DNA from: Mobula hypostoma
Lineage: Eukaryota
Direction: 5' to 3'
Assembly (NCBI RefSeq): GCF_963921235.1
Contig: NC_086116.1
Location: 29,016,001 to 29,080,000 of the forward strand
DNA: 64,000 bases
The notes beneath the pieces were generated by a model, which was given only the letters and a program-made list of their open reading frames with translations, searched no databases and was not told the origin of the DNA. Both the position numbers and the translations under genes were made by a program. Positions 47,889-60,096 of the stretch are shown one piece after another (within the stretch, counting starts at the first letter, position 1; every line of letters begins with the position of its first letter).

Positions 47889-50800
47889 TCATCATAGGAA
47901 AGCAGCATCCATCAACAGATAACAACACCACCCAGGTCATGGTCTTTCTCATTGCTGCCATCAGTAGAAGGTACAGGTGCCTCAGGACCCACACCACAAG
48001 GTTCAAGAACAGCTACCACACCACAACCATTAGGCTCTTGAATAAAAGGGAACAACTACACTCACTTGCCCCATCATAGAAAATTTCCTACAACCAATAA
48101 TTTCACTTTAGAAACATAAAAACATAGAAGACCTACAGCACAATACAGGCCCTTCAGCCCATCATGCTGTGCCGAACATGTACTTATTTTAGAAATTACC
48201 TAGGGTTACCCAGAGCCCTCTATTTTTCTAAGCTCTATGTACCTATCCAGGAACTCTTGAAACACCCTATTGTATCTGCCTCCATCACTGTTGCCGGCAG
48301 CCCATTCCACACACTCACCAGCCTCTGCGTAAACAACTTGCCTCTGACATCTCCTCTGTACCTACTTCCAAGCACCTTAAAACTGTGCCATCTCGTGTTA
48401 GCCATTTCAGCCCTAGGAAAAAGCCTCTGACTATCCACACAATCAATGCCTCTCAACATCTTATACACCTCTGTCAGGTCACAACTCATCCTCCGTTGCT
48501 CCAAGGAGAAACGGCCAAGTTTACTCAATCTATTCTCATAGGGCATGCTCCCCAATCCAGGCAACATCCTTGAAAATCTTCTCTGCACCCTTACTATAAT
48601 TTCCACGTTCTTCCTGTAGTGAGGTGACCAGAACTGAGCACAGTACTCCAAGTTGGGTCTGACCAGAGTCCTATAAAACTGTAACATTACCTATCAGCTC
48701 TTAAACTCAATCCCATGGTTGATGAAGGCCAATACACCGTATGCTTTCTTAACCACAGAGTCAACCTACGCAGCAGCTTTGAGTGTCCTATGGACTCGGA
48801 CCCCAAGATCCCTCTGATCCTCCACACCGCCAAGAATCTTACCACGAATACTATATTCTGTCATCACATTCGACCTACCAAAGTGAACCAGCTCACGCTT
48901 ATCTGGGTTGAACTCCATCTGCCACTTCTCAGCCAAGTTTTACATCCTATCGATGTCCTGCTGTAACCTCTGACAGCCTCCCACACTATCCAGAACACCC
49001 CCAACCTTTGTGTCATCAGCAAACTTACTAACCCATCCAGATCATTGATAAAACTCACGAAGAGTAAGGGTCCCAGAACAGATCCCTGAGGCAACACCAC
49101 TTGTCACTGACCTCCATGCAGAATATGACCCATCTACAATCACTTTTTGTCTTCTGTGGGCAGGCCAGTTCTGGATCCACAAAACAACGTCCCTTGGATC
49201 CCATGCCTTCCTATTTCTCATAAGCCTTGCGTGGGGCACCTCATCAAATGTCTTGCTGAAATCCGTATACACTACATGTACTGCTCTACCTTCATCAATG
49301 TGTTTAGTCACATCCTCAAAAAATTCAATCAGGCTCGTAAGGCACGACCTGCCTTTGACAAAGCCACACTGACTATTCCTAATCATACTATGCCTCTCCA
49401 AATGTTCATAAATCCTGCCTCTCAGGATCTTCTCCATCAACTTACCAATCACTGAAGTAAGACTTACCGGCCTATAATTTCCTGGGCTATCCCTACTCCC
49501 TTTCTTGAGTAAGAGAACAACATCTGCAACCCTTCAGTCCTCTGGAACCTCTCCTGTCCCCATTGATGATGCAAAGATCATTGCCAGAGGCTCAGCAAAC
49601 TGCTCCTTCACTTTCCACAGTAGCCTGGGGTACATCCCATCCTGTCCTGGTGACTTATCCAACTTGATGCTTTCCAAAAGCTCCAGCACATCCTCTTTCT
49701 TAATGTCTATATGCTCAAGCTTTTCAGTCTGCTGTAAGTCATCCCTACAATTGCCAAGGTCCTTTTCTGTAGTGAATACTGAAGCAAAGTATTCATTAAG
49801 TACCTCCACTATCTCCTTCGGTTCCATACACACTTTTCCACTGTCACACTTGATTGGTCCTCTTCTCTCACATCTTATCCTTCTATTTTTCACATACTTG
49901 AATGCCTTGGGGTTTTCCTTAATCCTGCTCGCCAAGGCCCCTTCTGGCTCTGCTTATTTCACTCTTAAGCTCCTTCCTGCTTATTTCACTCTCAAGCTCC
50001 TTCCTGCTAGTCTTATAATTTTCTAGATATCTATCATTACCTAGTTTTCTGAAGCTTTCTTACGCTGCTCTTTTCTTCTTGACTAGATTTTCAACCGCTT
50101 TTGTACACCATGATTCCTGTACCCTACCATCCTTACCGTCTCATTGGAACGTGCCTATGCAGAACGCCACACAAGTATTCCCTGAACATTTGCCACGCTT
50201 CTGCCATACATTTCCCTCAGAACATCTGATCCAAGTTCCAAGTTCCTGCCTGATAGCTTCATATTTCCCCTTACTCCAATTAAACGTTTTCCTAACTTGT
50301 CTGTTACTATCCCTCTCCAATGCAATGGTAAAGGAGATAGAATTGTGATCACTGTTTCCAAAACGCTCTCCTACTCAGAGACCTGATACTTGATCAGGTT
50401 AATTTCCCAATACCAGATGAAGTACAGCCACTCCTCCTGTAGGCTTATCTACATATTGTGTCAGGAAACCTTCCTGAATACACCTAACAAACTCCACCCC
50501 ATCTAAACCCCTTGCTCCAGGAAGATGCCAATCAATATTTGGGAAATTAAAATCTCCCACCACGATGAGCCTGTTATTATTACCCTTTCCAGTATCTATC
50601 TCCTTATCTGCTCCTCGATGTCCCTGTAACTGTTGGGAGGTCTACAAAAAACACCCAGCAGATTGACCCCTTGCTGTTCCTAACCACCACACACAGAGAC
50701 TCAATAAACAATCCCTCCGTGACTTCCTGCTTTTCTGCAGCCATGACACTATCTCTGATCTCATTATCTCATGTTCTCATTATTTATTGTGATTTATTTA

Positions 50801-50966
50801 TATTCGTATTTGCACAGTATATTGTCTTCTGCAATATCTTTCATTGATCCTGTTATAATTACTATTCTATAGATTTGTTGAGTATGCCCACAAGAAAATG
50901 AATCTCAGGGTTGTATCTGCTGACATATCTGGTGACTTTGATAATAACACGTACTTTCAACTTTAA
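47889..50966 (+). mobile_element. Rex1 3' fragment (47889-48108 and 50761-50966) split by a long CR1
   Basis: The 3'UTR is continuous across the CR1 (CACTTT | ATCTCATGTTCTC). Confidence 0.7.
48109..50760 (-). mobile_element. CR1-clade LINE, 2.65 kb decayed ORF2 (endonuclease end, RT) plus 3'UTR
   Basis: IKENPKAF, KSPGQDGMYPRLL, GFVKGRSCLTSLIEFF, DFSKTFD, PQGSVLGPLLF, LVRPNLEYCAQFWSP; frameshifted; 27-bp tandem duplication at 49950-50008. Confidence 0.95.
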
Positions 50967-50992
50967 ACTGTAAAAAAGAGATTTCTACTCAA

Positions 50993-53456
50993 ATAAACAC
51001 GAGGAATTCTTCAGATACTGGAATTTCAAGCAACACACATCAAAGTTGCTGGTGAACGCAGCAGGTCAGGCAGCGTCTCTAGGAACAGGTACAGTCGACG
51101 TTTCAGGCCGAGAACCTTCGTCAGGACTAACTGAAGAAAGAGCTAGTAAGAGATTTAAAAGTGGGAGGGGGAGGGGGAGATCCAAAATGATAGGAGAAAA
51201 CAGGAGGGGGAGGGATGGAGCCAAGAGCTGGACAGGTGATTGGCAAAAGGGATATGAGAGGATCATGGGACAGGAAGTCCAGGGAGAAGGAAAAGGGGGA
51301 GGGGGGAAAAACCCAGAGGATGGGCAAGGGGAATAGTGAAGGGGACAGATGGAGAGAAAGGAGAGTGAGAGAAAGAATGTGTTTATTAAATAACGGATGG
51401 GGTACGAGAGGGAGGTGGGGCATTAGCGGAAGTTAGAGAAGTCAATGTTCATGCCATCAGGTTGGAGGCTACCCAGACGAATATAAGGTGTTGTACCTCC
51501 AACCTGAGTGTGGCTTCATCTTTACAGTAGAGGAGGCCGTGGATGGACATGTCAGAATGGGAATGGGATGTGGAATTAAAATGTGTAGCCACTGGGAGAT
51601 CCTGCTTTCTCTGGCGGACAGAGCGTAGGTGTTCAGCAAAATGATCTCCCAGTCTGCGTCGGGTCTCGCCAATATATAGAAGGCCACATCGGGAGAACCG
51701 GACGCAGTATATCACCCCAGCCGACTCACAGGTGAAGTGTCGCCTCACCTGGAAGGGCTGTCTGGGGCCCTGAATGGTGGTAAGGGAGGAAATGTAAGGG
51801 CAGGTATAGCACTTGTTCTGCTTACAAGGATAAGTGCCAGGAAGAAGATCAGTGGGGAGGGATGGGGGGGACGAATGAACAAGGGAATCGCGTAGGAAGC
51901 GATCCTTGCGGAAAGCGGGGGGGGGAGGGAAAGATGTGTTGTTTTGAAAGATGTTTTGTTGGCTTTGTGGAACAATCTATGTTCTGTACCTATTCTGGTA
52001 TCTGTCCCCCACTTTTCCTTCGCTACATCGACGACTGCATTGGCGCTGCTTCCTGCACACATGCTGAGCTCGTTGAATTTATTAACTTTACCTCCAACTT
52101 TAACCCTGCTCTCAAGTTTACCTGGTCCATTTCCGACACCTCCCTCCCCTTTCTAGATCTTTCTGTCTCTGTCTCTGGAGACAGCTTATCTACTGATGTC
52201 TACTATAAGCCTACTGACTCTCACAGCTATCTGGACTATTCCTCTTCTCACCCTGTCTCTTGCAAAAATGCCATCCCCTTCTCGCAATTCCTCCGTCTCT
52301 GCCGCATCTGCTCTCAGGATGAGGTTTTTCATTCCAGGACGAGGGACATGTCCTCCTTTTTTAAAGAAAGGGGCTTCCCTTCCTCCACCATCAACTCTGC
52401 TCTCAAACACATCTTCCCCATTTCACCACATCTGCTCTCACTCCATCCTCCCACCACCCCACTAGGAATAGGGTTCCCCTGGTCCTCACCTACCACCCCA
52501 CCAGCCTCCGGTTCCAACATATAATTCTCCGTAACTTCCGCCACCTCCAACGGGATCCCACCACTAAGCACATATTTCCCTCCCCTCCTTTCTCTGCTTT
52601 CCGCAAGGATCGCTCCCTACGCGACTCCCCTGTCCATTCGTCCCCCCCATCCCTCCCCACTGATCTCCCTCCTGGCACTTATCCTTGTAAGCGGAACAAG
52701 TGCTACACATGCCCTTACACTTCCTCCCCTACCACCATTCAGGGCCCCAGACAGTCCTTCCAGGTGAGGCGACACTTCACCTGTGAGTCGGCTGGGGTGA
52801 TATACTGCATCCGGTTCTCCCGATGTGGCCTTCTATATATTGGCGAGACCCAACGCAGAGTGGGAGATCATTTTGCTGAACACCTACGCTCTGTCCGCCA
52901 GAGAAAGCAGGATCTCCCAGTGGCCACACATTTTAATTCCACATCCCATTCCCATTCTGACATGTCTATCTACAGCCTCCCCTACTGTAAAGATGAAGCC
53001 ACACTCAGGTTGGAGGAACAACACCTTATATTCCGTCTGGGTAGCCTCCAACTTGATGGCATGGACATTGACTTCTCTAACTTCCACTAATGCCGCACCA
53101 CCCCCTCGTACCCCATCTGTTACTTATTTTTATACACACATTCTTTCTCTCACTCTCCATTTTTTCCCTCTGTCCCTCTGACTATACCCTTTGCCCATCC
53201 TCTGGGTTCCCCCCCCCCACTTTCCTTCTCGCTGGGCCTCCTGTCCCATGATCTTCTCATACCTATTTTGCAAATCACCTGTCCAACTCTTGGCTCCATC
53301 CCTCCCCCTCCTGTCTTCTCCTATCATTTTGGATCTCCCCCTCCCCCTCCCACTTTTAAATCTCTTACTAGGTCTTTCTTCAGTTAGTCCTGACGAAGGG
53401 TCCCGGCCTAGAGATGCTGCCTGATCTGTCGCGTTCACCAGCAACTTTGATGTGTG
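50993..53456. mobile_element. Penelope-like element, inverted pair (minus copy 50993-~51938, plus copy ~51953-53456)
   Basis: RYIDD RT motif, LPFLDL, DVYYKPT; GIY-YIG GVIYC...LYIGET in both arms; 11-bp TSD TTTCTACTCAA at 50982-50992 and 53457-53467. Confidence 0.95.
51092..51133 (-). ncRNA. Minimal type I hammerhead ribozyme motif, core intact
   Basis: AGUC-CUGACGA-AGGUUCUCGGCCU-GAAAC-GUC-GACU. Confidence 0.75.
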
Positions 53457-54354
53457 TTTCTACTCAAGTTCATCACAAGTGCCTCAGTATTTAGCAGCCA
53501 AAAAAGGGTATTTCGTTTCTCAAAGTACTTTGTGACTGGTTTCTTGCACCATTTTTGCAGGTTAGATTAACCTCTGTCTCAGTAAGCAATTCCTAATCAG
53601 ATAACAAAGAAGTTCCCTACCTTCACCTTCTATTTCCCTATCCTCTGTGATACTTGTCTGTGTATTAATTAACTTGACCTTGTACATTTCCTGGAAATGT
53701 AAACTGAAAGCTGTAAATGAGAGTGTAGCTCTTTTGGTCTCAAAGGAGAATACAAATAGAACAAATAATAAAGTGAATCAAAGGCAAAAGTCTGGTGCAG
53801 AAAGAAAAAATTGCAAATATTTGAAGCTTGAAATATAACTGGCAAGCCAATAACTATGTGTGCCTCTTGATTCCAATATATGGAAAGAATACTAAACCAT
53901 GTTGTATTTCTATGGCTGTCTCTGATGATCTGTTTAAGGGCTACTTACTGAACAGTGCATCAGATTAATTTTGATGTATGTACCAGTGCTGCCAGCAAAG
54001 CAGAGTCTTACTGAGAAAGTCATGAAGAGATGATAGGTGTGTTACTTCCACATGCAATCAAATTAATTATTGTTTCAGGAGTGTGTCCAATGCACCTGGT
54101 TCTTTTGGCTATGTGCTGGCTATGGCACTTCTAGCTTAAAATGAGCATGAGCTTCTTCTCTCCTACTCTGGAGTTTTAGGTATTCATCAACACTGTTCAA
54201 ATGAGCAAAAAGCCTTCAAGTGTTCAGCCAATTTTCACACCAGGCTTTGGTTTTGTGTTTTTTTTTGTTGTAGCAACATTTGTAATCTAAATGGAGAGAT
54301 ACTGAAGGTGCTACTTTCCTGTTAGTACAATCCAAGAATTTCTAGGTTACCAAT

Positions 54355-54650
54355 TTCAATGGTTCAATTTAATCAGTGAATGTATACAGTACACAACCTG
54401 ACATCCACGAAAACAGGAAAAAAAAACCCTAAGAATGAATGACAGAAAACGTTAGAACTCCAAAACCTCCCTCCCCCACACAAAAGCATCAACCACCCCG
54501 TATTTGTTCCAGCAAAAGCACCCCCCCCCAACACCCACCAGGCAAGCAATAGCAAAGCCCCCAAAGAGACCGTGATCTAGAGTCCATCAATAACTGCTGT
54601 CCATCCCAACACTTCAACATCTCTATCAGGCTGTATCTCTCACTAGTGAG
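54355..54650 (-). mobile_element. LINE-tail element fragment
   Basis: Same tail as at 41585. Confidence 0.55.
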
Positions 54651-54709
54651 CACATAGGATCTGAACAATCATAAATTTAGCTTCTGTTGGGATATTGTGA
54701 TGAAACCTA

Positions 54710-55262
54710 CTGTACCTAATAAAGTGACCACTGAGTGTATGTTAGTGGTCTTCTGCTGATGTAGCCCAGCCACTCCAAAGTTTGACATTTTGTGCATTCT
54801 TGATGCTCTTCTGCACACCACTGTTGTAACATATGATTATTTGACTTACTGTCACCTTCCTCTCAGCTTAAACCAGTGTGGCTAAAATCAGCTTAAAACA
54901 GTCTCCTCTGATGTCTCTCAATAACAAGGTGTTTTCGCCCACACAACTGCTAGTCACTTGATGAGTTTTTTTTTGTTTGTTTTTCACATTATTCTCTGCA
55001 AACTCTAGAAACTGCTTTGTGTGAAAATCCCAATTTTTGAGATACCCAAACCACCCCATCTGGTACCAAAAATCATTCCACAGTCAGAGTTACTTAGATC
55101 ACATTTCTTCCCAATTCTTACGTTTGATCTAAACAACAACAAACCTCTTGACCATGTCTGCATGCTTTTATGCATTGAGTTGCCTCTACATGATTGGCTA
55201 AATAGATATTCACGTTAATTAGCAGGTGTACAGGTGTATTTAATAAAGTAGCTACTAAGTGT
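54710..55262 (-). mobile_element. Non-autonomous Tc1 element, same family as 40790-41422
   Basis: Collinear interior; two same-direction AATAAAGTGRCYACTRAGTG TIR copies at ~54718 and ~55241. Confidence 0.8.
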
Positions 55263-55469
55263 GCCAAATAATTAAATTATCATCTCTGTTTTTATGCTGG
55301 ACTGCCTAGTGTGGTTAAGTATGAGAAATTAGTAAAGAAAACTTTTGACTTGGAAAATTAAAATTAATGCCAATGAAGGAGTAACCACAAAGGGGAGCAG
55401 AGTGTGTGGGGTACAGTTTGAATCATAACAAATAAATTTTAACTTTAAAATTTAATTCCTGTAAGAAAT

Positions 55470-55672
55470 TTTCCCCATTGGAATGTGTGAGTTTTCCCCA
55501 AGTCCTGTGGTTTCCTCCCACAATACAAAGACCAAAGTTAATTGGTCACTTTTAATTGTCCCTTGATTTGGTTTAGGTTACTCGGTGATACGTCAGGGGT
55601 CGCTGGGGTAGCGGAGACTGAAGGACGGGAAGGCCCTACTCTGCACTGCATCACTAAATAAATAAATAAATA
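55470..55672 (+). mobile_element. V-SINE, 5'-truncated
   Basis: GGTTTCCTCCCACA V-domain and (AAAT)n tail. Confidence 0.7.
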
Positions 55673-56128
55673 ACTCGGGAGTAATATTCTATCATATGTT
55701 TAAAGCTTTGGGGAAGAAAAGGTTTTGCAATACTGTTCATTTGGCTGGGTTTTCATATACAGCACAAAATCATGCCACTTAGCTTGACTGGTGTTCATGA
55801 TCCATGTGAAAGAAAAAAACATATTAATGACAAAAACTCCTATGTTAAATAAGAGAGAAGAATGAGGAGTCAAAAAGGAGGTTAAAAGGAAATGTAAGTT
55901 AGGCCATGACTTCTCAGTTATTAATTTTGCTCGACTATTTTTGTTCGCTCTTACACCAGTTTCTCTATAATGAGCCAATTAACCTGGAGTCATTGACATG
56001 GAGTCATTCAGCACTGAAGTAGGCCCCCTGATCTACCAGCTTACGACACGTGTTATAATTCCCACATTCTTATCACCCCTCACCCCTCAGATACCATCGC
56101 TCAACCCCTAGATACCTCCACTCACCTA

Positions 56129-56675
56129 CAGTACCGTGTAAAATTCTTAGGCGCATATATATATACTGTAGCTAGGGTCCCTAAAATTTTTGCACAATAC
56201 TGTAGCAGTTTTAATGTACTGCACTGTACTGCTGCAAAAAAAAACATATTATAATATATGTGAGTAATGATAAACCTGATTCTGATATGGATCTTTATTG
56301 TGAACTGAGAGTGGGAAGGGGTCAGGGAAAAGGGAATCATGGTTGGGAAAAGGGGAAGGGAGAGGGGTGAGAGCAGGAAGGACCAGAGACAAATTCTGTA
56401 ATGATCAATAACCTAATTGTTTGGAATAAAATGAGCTTACCTGGTGTCTCAGGGCTGGGAGAGTCTGCACCTGCAGCACCCCTTGCCTCTGACGTTCCTT
56501 CTCTACCACCTATCACACCCCCTCTCACTTGCTCTACTCTTGCCATTCCCAACATCCTTTGCTCCTGCCAAGATTACAAACTCATTCTCCTTTCCACGTC
56601 AACAAGTACAGTACTATGCAAATGTCTTAGGCATCCTAGCTATATATATGTGCCTAAGACTTTTGCGTAGTATTG
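56129..56675. mobile_element. Composite Tc1-like element (copy 5), inserted in a minus-strand V-SINE (~55995-56870)
   Basis: Clean TA duplication at 56127-56128 and 56676-56677; the SINE continues across it. Confidence 0.9.
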
Positions 56676-57884
56676 TACACACAGGGGTAATTTACAGTGT
56701 CCAATTAAACTATCAACCCACAGATCTTGCGGGTGTAGGAGGCAACTGAAGACCCAGAGAAAACCTACACAATCACAAGGGGAATCTGAAAACTCCACGC
56801 AGACAGCACGTAAGGCCAGGGGTCGGGATTGAAAGCAGATTGCTGGCTACTAGCTATGCCATTGTACCTCCCTCAAAATTCTTTCATTAATTAGCATTTT
56901 TCTTATTGTCACATGTTCCAACCTCGGTACATCATGCTAAATTTCTTAGTGCAAATATCTGCATCGTGAAAACAGATGGAATAACCACAGTAATTCCATT
57001 CATTGGATTTTAGTGTGTATATTGTAAATGAAAGCGAGCACACTGCTCTCTACATAATTGTTGATTCTACTTTCTTGTCGGGTAAAGGCTACTGTCGCGA
57101 GCCCTTCGGGCCTCTGTGGATTGCCGTAGGATGTTGTGATTCTCGAGCACTGGTATGTACTAATTGTTGTAGCTGTTAAGCCCAGGTGCTTTCTTTTAGT
57201 TCTTGCCAAGTTAATTGTGACTGACACATATTTCCCGCTATTCTATGATTATTTAAAGGCAACTGTCTTTGTGTTCTCTGTTGGAAACCACTGATTTTTT
57301 AAAATAATACTTTTCATAGCATTTGCACTTTTTAACAAATTCATGTATTTTTCACAGTATGTAGTGGTCCATCCCCACTCACTGGCAGAAAGCGGTATAG
57401 CAGCTAAACTAACGGTTTATCACATTTCTCATTTTTCATTGGTTGAGTATTAGCATATTACCCACATGATATAATTGTTTTAGTTTTGTAGCCTATTAAC
57501 TGGATTATTCCTATCTAAGGAAATTTTCTTACCTTATCTATAAAAATGATGGATTTTTCAAAGGCACCATCTTTAGTCTTTTTGACTTTGCATTCATTGC
57601 CATTCACTTACCTCTCAGCATTGTTTCTCAGCACTTTATTTAGCTTGTTTAGTATTTCTATGTTTGTTTGTACTCTTAAATAAACAATCATTAGAATTAA
57701 GACTGCTCGTCATTCCTGTTTCTTGGAAGAACCCAAGGATCAGAAAATAAGCAGAGTTCCATTGTCTTTTAGCAGAGTCCTACTGTGTGTTGGAGAATGA
57801 TTTGTCTCACAGTGTGACTTGGTCACGTGTCAGATGCTTTATTGCTATTCCTATGTCTAATCTCCTGCTTCTGTCTCTTCACAG

Positions 57885-57911
57885 GGAGTCTGCTGTTCCT
57901 CCACTTCTACG
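57885..57911 (+). CDS. Candidate 27-nt frame-preserving microexon of an unidentified host gene
   Basis: Branch point CTAAT (57857-57861), pyrimidine tract ending CACAG, exon GGAGTCTGCTGTTCCTCCACTTCTACG, donor GTGAGT; open in all three phases (GVCCSSTST / xSLLFLHFYx / xESAVPPLLR). Confidence 0.6.
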
Positions 57912-58199
57912 GTGAGTCAGTGCCAGCGGTTATTGTGTCAGAGGGAACCTTCCGTTCCTTCACACTTGGGTCCAATTTTGCAGTGATCATCATGACAGTC
58001 TGCCATCCTCTGCACCTGGGTTGAGTCATTGCCAGAACAGAGCCTGACAATGTGCCATCCCTCCACTCTTGGGTCCAGTCCTGTGGGTGCATGTCATGAG
58101 AGGCGACATCCAGAAATACCACCACATAAAATTTAAAGCAACACACATCAAAGTTGCTGGTGAACGCAGCAGGCCAGGCAGCATCTCTAGGAAGAGGTA

Positions 58200-58241
58200 C
58201 AGTCGACGTTTCGGGCCGAGACCCTTCGTCAAGTCTAACTG
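58200..58241 (-). ncRNA. Hammerhead motif with mutated core (UUGACGA)
   Basis: AGAC-UUGACGA-AGGGUCUCGGCCC-GAAAC-GUC-GACU. Confidence 0.6.
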
Positions 58242-59732
58242 AAAGAAGAGCTAGTAAGAGATTTGAAAGTGGGAGGGGGAGGGGGAGATCCAAAATGATA
58301 AGAGAAGATAGGAGGGGGAGGGATGGAGCCAAGAGCTGGACAGGTGATTGGCAAAAGGAATCTGAGAGGATCATGGGACAGGAGGCCTAGGGAGAAAGAA
58401 AGTGGGAGGGGGGAAGCCCAGAGGATGGGCAAGGAGTATAGTGAGAGGGACAGAGGGAGAAAAAGGAGAGAGAGAGAAAAAATATATATATATAAAAAGG
58501 CAGGCATAGCTGGGACCCATACGGATGCCCATGGCTACACCTTTAGTTTGGAGGAAGTGGGAGGAGCCACTATGCCTGCCTTTTTTTTGTGGGCTTTGTG
58601 GAACAATCCATGTTCCAAACCTATACTGGTGTCTGTCCCCCATTTTTCCTTCACTACATCGACAACTGCATTGGCGCTGTTTCCTGCACGAATGCTGAAC
58701 TCGTTGACTTCATTAATTTTGCCTCCAACTTTCACCCTGCCCTCAAGTTTACCTGGTCCATTTCTAACACCTCCCTCCACTTTCTAGATCTTTCTGTCTC
58801 TATCTCTGGAGACAGCTTATCTACTGATGTCTACTATAAGCCTACGGAATCTCACAGCTATCTGGACTGTTCGTCTTCTCACCCTGTCTCTTGCAAAAAT
58901 ACTATCCCCTTCCTGCAATTCCTCCGTCTTCGCCGCATCAGTTCTCAGGATGAGGCTTTTCATTCCAGGACGAAGCAGATGTCCTCCTTTTTTAAAGAAA
59001 GGGGCTTCCCTTCCTCCACCATCAACTCTGCTCTCAAGTGCATCTCTCCCATTTCATGCACATCTGCTCTCACCCCATCCTCCCGCCACCTCACTAGGAA
59101 TAGGGTTCCCCTGGTCCTCACCTACCACCCCACCAGCCTCCGGGTCCAACATATTATTCTCCGTAACTTCCGCCACCTCCAACGGGATCCCACCACTAAG
59201 CACATCTTTCCCTCCCTCCTCTGCTTTCCGCAGGGATCGCTCCCTACGCGGTTCCCTTGTCCATTCATCCCCCTCATCCCTCCCCACCGATCTCCCTCTC
59301 AGCACTTATCCTTGTAGGCGGAACAAGTGCTACACATGCCCTTACACTTCCTCCCTCACTACCATGCAGGGCCCCAGACAGTCCTTCCAGCTGAGGCGAC
59401 ACTTCACCTGTGAGTCGGCTGGGGTGATATACTGCGTCCGGTGCTCCCAATGCAGCCTTCTAAATATTGGCGAGACCCGACGCAGACTGGGAGACCGTTT
59501 CGCTGAACACCTACGCTCTGTCTGCCAGAGAAATCAGGATCTCCCAGTGGCCACACATTCCACGTCCCATTCCCATTCTGATATATCTATCCACGGCCTC
59601 CTCTACTGTCAAGATGAAGTCACACTCAGTTTGGAGGAACAACACCTTATATTCCATCTGGGTAGCCTCCAACCTGATGGCATGAACATTGACTTCTCTA
59701 ACTTCTGCTAATGCCCCACCTCCCCCTCGTAC

Positions 59733-59872
59733 NNNNNNNNNNNNNNNNNNNNNNNNNNNNNNNNNNNNNNNNNNNNNNNNNNNNNNNNNNNNNNNNNNNN
59801 NNNNNNNNNNNNNNNNNNNNNNNNNNNNNNNNNNNNNNNNNNNNNNNNNNNNNNNNNNNNNNNNNNNNNNNN
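59733..59872. other. Assembly gap (140 N)
   Basis: Run of N inside the Penelope pseudo-LTR. Confidence 1.
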
Positions 59873-60054
59873 ATCCTCTGGGTCCCCCCTGCCCTTTCTT
59901 TCTCCCTCAGCCTCCCGTCCCATGATCCTCTCATATCCCTTTTGCCAATCAACTTTCCAGCTCTTGGCTCCATCCCTCCCCCTCCTGTCTTCTCCGATCA
60001 TTTTGGATCTCCCCCTCCCCCTCCCACTTTCAAATCTCTTACTCACTCTTCCTT

Positions 60055-60096
60055 CAGTTAGTCCTGACGAAGGGTCTCGGCCTGAAACGTCGACTG
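60055..60096 (+). ncRNA. Minimal type I hammerhead ribozyme motif, core intact; predicted cut after C60091
   Basis: AGUC-CUGACGA-AGGGUCUCGGCCU-GAAAC-GUC-GACU. Confidence 0.8.
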
